Below the pieces are notes generated by a model. The model ran no database searches. It worked only from the letters and a program-made list of their open reading frames with translations, and was not told the origin of the DNA. From NCBI RefSeq assembly GCF_006345805.1, contig NC_042997.1, positions 103,292,001 through 103,356,000 on the forward strand: a DNA stretch of 64,000 bases. Direction: 5' to 3'. A program made the translations under genes and the position numbers. Shown one piece after another: positions 54,269-64,000 of this stretch; position 1 is the first letter of the stretch, and each line of letters begins with the position of its first letter. Source of the DNA: Octopus sinensis. Its lineage: Eukaryota.

Positions 54269-57200
54269 CTAGAGAAAGATAGAAAGAGACAAAAATATTG
54301 AGCAAAACATTAAACTGGTATTCTGTTTCATTGACACCGAAAGGATGAACGGTAGGGTTGCTCTTTGTACGATTTCAACTAAGGGTTCAGGGAGCCAGGA
54401 CTATTACTGAAAGACTACTATCTAGTTCTCTAAGTAATGAATACCAAAAGAACAAGAATCACGTAATCTCCGTAACCCCTGCTATTTTTATCATGCATTA
54501 ATTGATAATGTTCTGTACTCTCCTGACGTTTTACTCTAATCTAAATAGATATAGAAAAGAAGATAAATTGTGCGTTTGTGGACGTATGTATGCGATTGTG
54601 CTTTCTTCCTACATATCAATGTATATCTTCCTACATATCAGTGTAAATCGATACTTCGAGATATAGAAAGGTAATGTATGGTAATTGAGAAGGCAAAAAT
54701 TTGGTGATTTGATTAAATAAAGAACAATTAAAGAAGAAATTAGCATTGAGAGCCGATATTATCGATTAAGTTCCTTCGGTGTAGTGCTCCAACATGACCT
54801 CAGTCGGATAAGTGAAACCAGTCCAAGGATAAAAGCAATAAGCAAATATATTATAGCGCTGATATTATAGGGTGAAATGCGTAGCAGTATTTTGTCTGCC
54901 GTTACGTTCTGAGTTCAAATTCCGCTGAGGTCGACTTTGCCTTTTACCCTTTTGGGGTCGATAAATTAAGTACAAGTACCCAATGAGGTCGATATCATCG
55001 ACTTAATCCATCTGTCTGTCCTTGCTTGTCCCCTCAGTGTTTAGCCCCTTGTGGGTAGTAAAGAAATAGAATACACAGCAATTGCCTGCTAATTCAATCA
55101 GTAAGTAATGCAGGTGATTAAACAACTAAATACCTAAACACTTATTATCGCAATAATCAGTGATCTATTTACCAGATTACTATTACAGCATCGGTTATAA
55201 ATAAATACTTGCAGGGAATAATAACTGTATGTATTTAGTCTCACTGTGAAACTAAGGCTCATGAGAGCAAGCGCAGTAGATTTAAGCGGATCTCGATACA
55301 GTCATTTCGACCCCCATCCCAAGCAACGAGAAAGGCCCTTACAAGACCTAATTTTGCAGAGAGATGTGATACATTCCCATATGACTCCAAGTATTTATGC
55401 AATATTCTTTTCTACTCTAGGCACAAAGCCCGAAATTTTGGAGGAGGGAGCCAGTCGATTAGATCGATCCAGTACGCATCTGGCACTTAATTTGAACTCA
55501 CAACGTAACGGCAGACGAAATACCTATTTCTACTGCCCACAAGGGGCTAAGCACAGAGAGGACAAACAAGGACAGACAAACAGATTAAGTCGATTACATC
55601 GACTCCAGTGCGTAACTGGTACTTAATTTATCGACCCCGAAAGGATGAAAGGGAAAGTCGACCTCGGCGGAATTTGAACTCAGAACGTAACGTCAGACGA
55701 AATACGACAACGCATTTCACCCGGCGTGCTAACGTTTCTTCCTGCTCGCCGCCTTAATATCTATGCAATATTCATGCAATTCTGTTATTCTTCCTTCTAT
55801 TTCGAACGAAGGAAAATGATGAATAACGTTATATATATTTTCTAAGAATTCAGGTATTTGTCAATCTACTGAAAAGGCCTCTACCCTCTATATGTAGTTT
55901 TCTCAGTTCGCTGGCAATACGCTTCTGACAAAATTCAATTTACTTTCTTAAACTAGTTTCAAATTTTGGCATAAAGCCAGTAATTTTGGAGAAGGGGATA
56001 AATTGATTACATCAAACCAAGTATTCAGTTGGTACTTATTTTATCAACTCCGAAAGGATGAAAGACAAAGTTGACCTCGGTTGGATTTGGACTCAGAGCA
56101 TTTTACAGCTAAGCATTCTGCCACTAAGCATTTTGCCCGCTGTGCTAAAAATTCTTGCTGCTTTTTTACATTTCCTGTATTAAAACCAAAACTTTTATTG
56201 GGAGAATATAAGAAAGAAGTGGAAAATAAGATGTGATAAATTACATAATCTATTTCTCCTCGGAAATTTTCATATCCATAACCAGCACCAATTACCAAAC
56301 TATTTGACTTTCCTTCAATTGTTCCTGAAAAATGCAAAAGTAAATAACATAGATTAAATCCAATTCATTAAGATTCGTTCCAGTTTATAGGACTGTATAT
56401 ATCTTTATACACGAAACAAGATATTTTAAAGAGAGGACTTGAGGACTTGGGATACGCATTTCTTTATAGGAGGATTCTTGATAAATTAATGAAATGGATA
56501 AAACTGATTGGTAAATATCTCAACATTTGATCTCTTAACTGTGCTTGTTTCCTATAAAGAATAATTGATCGATTAGACAATGCTTATGTTTACAGATTGA
56601 TATGTAATTTTCTTTTTAAATGAATATTTTTTTCCTTTTCACACTTATTAATAACATCAAAAGAAATAATGACAACATTACCTGATACTGGTGTCTTCTG
56701 AACATAATCACCAACCTGGGCAATAAGTTGATTACCATCATATATCCACCCAACATTTTCCCAATCAGAACCCTAAAACACAAGGAATTGAAGGAATATA
56801 TAATAGTCAATTTACTGATTCATAAGGCACTGGGATGAAATAAAAATTCCTTTCCTATCAATATTATTGAAAAAAAAATTATTATTAAAAAAAGTAACAT
56901 AAAATGAAGTTAAATATCTATAAAAATTTCATTTTAAAACCGTTATGAACATTAAGTGTAAATAGACTCTTAAAATGGTTTCATATTTTAGTACATAGTC
57001 AATAGTTTGAAAAGACGAGGAGTCACCGATTACATCGATCTCAGCATTTGAATGGTTCTTTATTTTATCGATTCCGTAAGGATGAGAGGTAAAGTTAATT
57101 TCGTGGTATTTGTACTCAGAAACTGTTATAATTGCGGTTCCACAGCATGGATTCTGTCTCTGGGCTACTACACATAAAAAGGTAGAAGTAACATCCACAG

Positions 57201-57748
57201 TTATTTGCTTAGGTCATTTCACTTTTATCTTTTATCCATCAATCAATCAATCTATCCAAAAAAATCGACGGCTTAAAGATATAGAAACAGTTGAACATAA
57301 AAACCTGTAATGACAACTGAACCTTTATTTTTATTGTCTGTCTCAATATCCTATTATATTACATTTAAAATAATGTAACTGCTTTCCACGACTGCGCTCC
57401 CTTCAATCAACGCTCACTCTCCCTCCCTCCTTCTCTCCTTCTCTCCCCCTTTCTCTCTCTCTCTCTCTCTACCTCTCGCTTCAATTATACATGTTCCTGT
57501 ACTTAACATGTTGTACCCTCTCTACTTTCCTCTTCTTTCTCTTACCTCTCAGCACTAACACACTTCTCTCCTCCCCCTCCCCCTCCCTTTGCTGCACCCT
57601 TAAACTAACTAGCATCAAACATTCGACTTTAGCGTAATAACTATTATTTCTCCCTATTTTACTTTCTTAACACTTCCCTCTCCCTCTTCTCCCCTCACTT
57701 TTTGCCTCTCGGTTCAACTAGCTATGTGATAGCGTAACGCATTTACCA

Positions 57749-57786
<38 letters not shown>

Positions 57787-58499
57787 TTTTTGAGATTAAT
57801 ACAGGTTTATGCTATTTCTTTCTACGTATGTCTAACCATCGTGGTTGTTTGGAGCTCTGCATTGAATATTCCAAATCCAACTGGATACTTAAGCACAAAG
57901 GATTATCAGGGAACACTTTGTTGCATTGTCACAAAGAATTAAAATAAAAATCAAGTCATGCTTACGAATGCGTGTTGCTTTTATCATAATGTTAATATAC
58001 ATGAAGATACATATAGAAAATGTTTAACTTACTGAAGCTAAAATTTTGATTGATTTGTAACCTTGTTGTAGTGTTCGAATTCCGAATTCTATATAGCTTG
58101 ATGTGGCTACGATTAAAATGGATGGTGACTGCATGTTATTACTGTTGGTTATAAGAGCGTATGGTTTTATACCCAATTGGCTCTTTTCTAGGCGGTATCG
58201 AAGTGAAATGGCTATTGGAGGAATGGTATTTCCGAAATTGAATTTCGTAAGAAGTATTTGGCAATAACCATCGAACACTCCAGTGTAGTTATCTTCAGCT
58301 TCTGTGTTGTATCTAGTTGTAACGCCTTTTACGTGTAGGAATCGCGAATTGGTCTGGTTAAGACTTCGAAAGTTAATATTCACAGTTGGTTTGCAATCTT
58401 TTCAAAGTAAGAATTAAAAATAAGACAAAATGAAAGGATGAAAAACAAGAATTACGAAGGAATGTCTTGACATAGAGAAAACTTACATGCACACACACA

Positions 58500-58546
<47 letters not shown>

Positions 58547-61500
58547 CACTATATATATATATGTACATAAACACACACACACATATGTGTGCGTATATAT
58601 ATGTAGGTAGGTAGGTACGCGTGTATGTATGTATATATGTCATTATTCAGTTTTATTTCAAGATTTCTTGTCAGTAGAGGAAGAGCCGGTTTCAAGCCTA
58701 GATCCAGAGCTCCTTCATTGGAATTTCAACAACATCAACAGGGTATTTTTGAATGTATGTGCGTTTTTATGTGCAGTAGTTGGAGTCAGTGTATGTGCAG
58801 ACTTGTATATTTTGTTTTATGTATGTATTCTCATGCATATAGTTGCATGTCTAGACATGCACATATATACTTAAACGATAAACGTATAAAAAGTTTTACA
58901 AATATTTAGAGTTCCAATGATGGCTTGGATCTACAGTTTTCGAATCAGTCTTCTCCTATTTGGTTTTGAGACACCTAATTTCTCAAGATAGGTACTTAGG
59001 CAGTGTGTTATACATACCAGTGCCCCAATAATGACAGGTATAAACTCTGGGTAGAGTAACTAAATTTTTCGATAGTTCAGCGTAGGTAGTTCCTTTTTCA
59101 TTGGATCTTAGCCTTATGTTAACATTTGCTGGGCAGCTAATTTCTACTACTGTACAAAGTTTCTCTTCTTTGTCCCACATCAGTATGCCAGGTCCATTAT
59201 ATTCACATTTTATGAGGCATTCACTGGGACATTGCACTAGTAATCTAGATCAGTATGACTTCTACATACTGTGAGTTCTTAGTTCCATGTATGTATGTAT
59301 GTATGTATGTGTATGTATGTATGTATGTATGTATGTATGTATGTATGTATGTATGTATGTATGTATGTATGTATGTATCTACGTATGCATGTATGTATTC
59401 GGTTGTGCTGACTTCTACTTATAATCTAGTGACGAAAAGATGAAATATAGTTCAGAAATAAATGTTATTTACTCATGAGGTTCATGCCGAGAATCTGAAA
59501 TAGCATTTCTATTCGTTCTCGATATATTCTGTCGTGGTCGAGCGTGAATATCTAATCGCTGTTAGTCGTCATTATCAGAGAACATCTCCCTTGAGACGCT
59601 ATATGTTCATAACACACGTGATTCACCGATAAAACAAGACTTTGAGACACCACCTTCTAGAGTGTGCCCTCAGTCAAAGCTAACCCACCGGACCAATAAA
59701 TCTAACGAGATTACTGACTTTGAAAATGAATACAAAAGTTACTGCTTGTTACATAATATATTGGTCTAGGCATTTTTCCAGCACTAATTTAATGGCTTTA
59801 ATGCTTCAATCCCATGTATTCAAAGAAAGAACCCTGCTTTATATTCAATCCATAGAACTTGGGTACGCTTTAAAGCTACACCTCCCTTTTCTTTCTCTGT
59901 TATAGATATAGTCCCTGCTGCTTTCGACTACATATTCCCCCGTTTCAAGCCAACGAGGGAGACTTTACTTGCCTGCTTGACCTTGTGGAAGTAGCAGTAA
60001 AATTTCCCTCAAATCATACTCGACTTAAAAACAATGAATATATTGGTTAATACTGGCCAATTGACACTATGTCAACAAAAGACAAAATTATCGAGTATGG
60101 AGCATTTCCAATAATAGAATTGTTGAATCAGGACTTGCCGATAACAACAATAACTGACACGTTAATTACACAACTATAAACTTGTATCTAATCTTCTTCA
60201 CCTATGCTTTGTAAAGGTGAAACCTAAATCGCAGGACTCACTACTATACCTGTACATATTTTTTTTAGCGAGCACTCTAAAACTTTCTATGAATTAAAGA
60301 CTTGATGACAGTTATCAATTGTTATTTAGATCTATCAATTGAAAACATAATAAACTATTCAGATCTATCAATTGAAACCACAAACATTCTCATGAATCCT
60401 AACAAGACCACGGGGGTTACAGGGAAGAAATCATTAAAAATCCAAGTATTAGCGATAACAAGTCATGCCAACAAAGATAGTGATTAGATTATAAAATCAA
60501 CACATCTGATAGCGTGATTTACCTCCATTGTCTTAAGCAAATGACAGCCACCTAATATAGTTCATATTCTTTCACTGAGTGGCTAAAGGAAGTTCAATTT
60601 CAGCTAGCTCTAAGTCGGTACCACGAAGAGATAATGTTTACGGTTACTAATATAAATAGTACCATAAAACTGAAGAATGTCTCGTTAGCCTCGACAGGTT
60701 GTCGGGGCCTCGGAGATGGTAAAGGAAGGAAACTTACTCAATTGGTCACTTGAAGATAGGCCTTTCTGGGTGCCCTAATAACTCGATACATTAACCGAAT
60801 AACTTCTATCAGTAGGGGATAAATTAAAATTTGTATATAAAAAAAAGGATATGGAAAATAATATACCTAATCCTGTTGGTCGTACTGGTGAATCTGTAGC
60901 GGTTCTTGTACAGATGCATCTTGTATTGTCTAAACGTTCTCCATTCTGACAAATTGGAGCATTTGGACAGAAGACATTAACACATCTACAGTTAATGAGA
61001 TCAAGCTGCTCACCAGATGTACATACTGGTGGCGTAATGCACTGAGTGATACATCGGCATTGCACATAATCAAATCTTTGGTTTGCATTGCAGTTGCTTA
61101 CCACGGAACAACGACTTTCACAGCGACAAGTATCGTAGTTTATTCGTTCATCATTTCGGCAGGTTGGCAAATAATTACATTTATTTTCACATTGACATGT
61201 AATATCATTGAACCGTTGTTTATTGACGTCACAAATTCTCACAGTTTGGCATCGAGGCTCACAGCGACAGGTATCATAATTAACTTTTTCATTTGCTCTG
61301 CAGGAAATTGCATAACCGCATTTTTCTTCGCATTGGCATGTGATATCGTTGAACTTTTGAGAAATACCACAAGACTGTACGTTTCGACAACGAGGCTCAC
61401 AGCGACAGGTATCATAATTAACTTTTTCATTTGCTCTGCAGGAAACTGCATAACTGCATTTTTCTTCGCATTGGCATGTGATATCGTTGAACTTTTGAGA

Positions 61501-63675
61501 AATACCACAAGACTGTACGTTTCGACAACGAGGCTCACAGCGACAGGTATCATAATTAACTTTTTCATTTGCTCTGCAGGAAACTGCATAACTGCATTTT
61601 TCTTCGCATTGGCATGTGATATCGTTGAACTTTTGAGAAATACCACAAGACTGTACATTTTGACAACGAGGCTCACAACGACAGGTATCATAATTAACTT
61701 TTTCATTTGCTCTGCAGGAAACTGCATAACTGCATTTTTCTTCGCATTGGCATGTGATATCGTTGAACTTTTGAGAAATACCACAAGACTGTACATTTTG
61801 ACAACGAGGCTCACAACGACAGGTATCATAATTAACTTTTTCATTTGCTCTGCAGGAAACTGCATAACTGCATTTTTCTTCGCATTGGCATGTGATATCG
61901 TTGAACTTTTGAGAAATACCACAAGACTGTACGTTTCGACAACGAGGCTCACAACGACAGGTATCATAATTAACTTTTTCATTTGCTCTGCAGGAAACTG
62001 CATAACTGCATTTTTCTTCGCATTGGCATGTGATATCGTTGAACTTTTGAGAAATACCACAAGACTGTACGTTTCGACAACGAGGCTCACAGCGACAGGT
62101 ATCATAATTAAATTTTTCATTTGCTCTGCAGGAAACTGCATAACCGCATTTTTCTTCGCATTGGCATGTGATATCGTTGAACTTTTGAGAAATACCACAA
62201 GACTGTACGTTTCGACAACGAGGCTCACAACGACAGGTATCATAATTAACTCTTTCATTTGCGCTGCAGGAAACTGCATAACTGCATTTTTCTTCACATT
62301 GGCATGTGATATCGTTGAACTTTTGAGAAATACCACAAGACTGTACGTTTCGACAACGAGCCTCACAACGACAGGTATCATAATTTATCTTTTCATCATT
62401 ACGGCAATACAATGTTGGGCATTTGGAAACACATTGGCATGAAATCAAATCAAGAGTTTGCGAACCACTGCATGGCTGAGTAAAAGGACAAGCTTTTTGG
62501 CATCGGCAACTTGTAGTATTCAGTCGTTCATCAGCACCGCAGTTTGGTGGATAAGCACATTTCGGCAAACACCGACAATTTTGATAATCAAGGGTTTCAG
62601 AAATTTGGCATTTTGGTATGGGAAAGCAGCGTTGCGATGCTACAAATTAAAAATATATAATACCATTATTTATAATAGACTCAAACTGTGACATTTTATT
62701 TTTCTATAACAAAATTATACATATATTCGTTTCAATGTTTGACACTAGGCCAGCAATTTCGGTGCGGGTGTTAGTCTCAATCGGTACTTAATTTATTGAC
62801 CGTAGAAAGGATGAATGACAAATTCGACCCCGTAACAATTTGAACTCAGAAAGTAAGACTGGACGAAATATCACTAAGCATGCTAACGATTCTGCTAGCT
62901 CGCCATCTTATGCATACATTGAAATACATTTTGATACTGTGTCTGACTAAGTATCGGGCAAGTTTCATACTGGAAATGGTCCGGATTTCTGGATTTTACT
63001 TGTAGAGACAGTTGAAATATATACTTAAAATGTATGATAAACTATATAAAGTAAAGGACTAAACTGTATTCACAAGTCAAAATAATATACTTCTAAAGCA
63101 GGTTCTGCCTCATAATTATTAAACCACTTTAAAGTTTTTAAGTATATCATATTGCACCATGTATACGGTATAATGCTTATAGGATGAAAATTAATCGAAG
63201 ACAAATTTAATAGATACAGGTACAAATTAATACACTTCTAAAACAGAGTGTTTAATCTTTTTCTATCTACTTAAAATGTAAACAACAAAGCTATTTTTAA
63301 CAAACCGTATGCAAATTGACTAACAAAGCAGCTGCACGGCAAACTAGGGCTGGCGCGTGAAATTCAAAACTAGCTAATTTCAAAAATAGTCGGGTTTTGG
63401 TAATTCCGGATGTCTGGAAGCCGGATAAGAGGTCGATACTGTATTACATTTAATTTAGAGACCCAAAAATAACTTACATGGAGTAGTCATACCATAGGGT
63501 GTACATTCTCGGGAATCAAGGCAAGATCCTAACATCGAATGATAAGTTCCTGAAGCTTTCAGGTCTGCACAAGGTTGAATAGAAGTTGTTATTCCATAGC
63601 TGCAGACTCCCCACATTAAACATGATGTAGAATCTGTTTGATAGACGGCAGGATTTCCCAGTGATTTGCATTTAT
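54239..63675 (-). CDS. Pif/LamG3-like extracellular matrix protein: ChtBD2 + Cys-rich repeat rod + laminin-G/ConA-like domain (5' end outside window)
   Basis: Exons 63675-63478, 62639-60867, 58397-58033, 56772-56682, 56324-56245 join in frame with canonical GT-AG sites and consistent phases (1-1, 1-1, 1-0, 0-1, 1-0). Terminal exon is uncertain. Confidence 0.85.
54880..55070 (+). mobile_element. SINE-A copy
   Basis: Family A core. Confidence 0.85.
55420..55755 (-). mobile_element. SINE-A copy plus partial copy
   Basis: Family A core, reverse strand. Confidence 0.85.
56245..56324 (-). CDS. Laminin-G domain exon 3 (GTIEGKSNSLVIGAGYGYENFRGEIDY)
   Basis: catttttcag acceptor, TAT|gtaatt donor; L-x-IG...F-x-G-x-ID motif of LamG3 domains. 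Confidence 0.87.
56682..56772 (-). CDS. Laminin-G domain exon 2 (GSDWENVGWIYDGNQLIAQVGDYVQKTPVS)
   Basis: tgtgttttag acceptor, G|gtaatg donor; W-x2-V-x3-YDG-x2-L motif of LamG/ConA folds. Confidence 0.85.
58033..58397 (-). CDS. Laminin-G/ConA-like domain exon 1 (DCKPTVNINF...VFDGYCQILL...YALITNSN...PSILIV...EFGIRT)
   Basis: Overlaps ORF 58024-58383; donor TCA|gtaagt; pattern matches the C-terminal LamG-like domain of molluscan Pif-like proteins as I recall it. Confidence 0.8.
58900..59260 (-). mobile_element. Fragment of an RLE-endonuclease non-LTR retrotransposon (R2/NeSL/R4-like)
   Basis: NGPGILMWDKEEKLCTVVEISCPANVNI...EK...Y, a degenerate PD-(D/E)xK RLE pattern. Confidence 0.7.
60867..62639 (-). 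CDS. 1773-nt exon encoding 25 Cys-rich repeats of about 23 aa (C-x5-C-x10-C-x-C-x3)
   Basis: Overlaps ORF 60775-62568; acceptor taatttgtag at 62640, donor TTAG|gtatat; spacing resembles Balbiani ring protein 3 / VEGF-C silk-homology repeats. Confidence 0.92.
61253..62356 (-). repeat. Coding tandem repeat, 138-bp unit x8 (two 69-bp half-units)
   Basis: cgaggctcac recurs at 61253, 61391, 61529 etc.; 46-aa unit CRNVQSCGISQKFNDITCQCEEKCSYAVSCRANEKVNYDTCRCEPR. Confidence 0.97.
62745..62910 (-). mobile_element. Degraded SINE-A copy
   Basis: gaaaggatg...tttgaactcag...gctaacgattctgctagctcgcc. Confidence 0.7.
63478..63675 (-). CDS. Exon encoding a chitin-binding type-2 (peritrophin-A/CBM14-like) domain
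   Basis: DKCKSLGNPAVYQTDSTSCLMWGVCSYGITTSIQPCADLKASGTYHSMLGSCLDSRECTPYGMTTP: six Cys, C-x15-C-x5-C-x10-C-x15-C-x5-C; ttttctttcag acceptor, T|gtaagt donor. Confidence 0.85.
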
Positions 63676-63734
63676 CTGAAAGAAAAGATACATTAAAATA
63701 TCAAGGATAACTTTGCATTTGTAAATATATACTC

Positions 63735-64000
63735 TTTTACTCTTTACTCTTTTACTTGTTTCAGTCATTTGACTGCGGCCACGCTGGAGCACCGCCTTTA
63801 ATCGAGCTACTCGACCCCGGGACTTATTCTTTTGCAAGCCCAGTACTTATTCTATCGGTCTCTTTTGCCGAACCGCTAAGTTACGGGAACATAAACATAC
63901 CAGCATCGGTTGTCAAGCAATGCTAGAGGGACAAACACAGACACACAAACACACACACGCATATATATATATATATATATACGACGGGCTTCTTTCAGTT
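63735..64000 (-). mobile_element. SINE-B copy running off the window end
   Basis: (ctctttta)n tail, ggagcaccgcc, gccgaaccgctaag core. Confidence 0.9.

Noticed and set aside
60590-60806. Possible short exon giving a hydrophobic tail (FFSFMVLFILVTVNII)
   Set aside because: An in-frame TGA precedes it from every plausible acceptor.
60775-60866. ORF-track C-terminus GILFSISFFLY...SSY* suggesting a membrane tail
   Set aside because: A donor at 60866 joins in frame to the LamG exon at 58397, so this stretch is most likely intron.
61060-62442. 460-aa plus-strand ORF and 380-aa alternative minus-frame ORF (61239-62381) over the Cys array
   Set aside because: A stop-free 138-bp unit repeated eight times keeps these frames open automatically; only the Cys frame splices to recognisable flanking domains.

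Overview
Eukaryotic, AT-rich, microsatellite- and transposon-dense DNA. The SINE families, (TA)n/(CA)n/(ATGT)n load and gene content suggest a cephalopod, probably Octopus (inference, not verified). By manual splicing I reconstruct two convergent multi-exon genes that the ORF track largely misses. (1) Plus strand, 4544-33925: a complete 8-exon, 297-aa secreted, probably GPI-anchored alpha-carbonic anhydrase with an intact Zn site, a 15-nt micro-exon and a 630-bp tandem duplication of exons 5-6. (2) Minus strand, about 54239-63675, with its 5' end beyond the window: a Pif/LamG3-like matrix protein gene. It encodes a chitin-binding type-2 domain, 25 Cys-rich Balbiani-ring-3/silk-like repeats (eight nearly identical 138-bp units) and a C-terminal laminin-G/ConA-like domain. 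The rest is mariner, Tc1, Helitron, MITE, Tx1/RTE/CR1/RLE LINE and Penelope fragments, many tRNA-derived SINEs, and several long inverted repeats and hammerhead-like motifs. Most ORFs in the supplied track are microsatellite artefacts.
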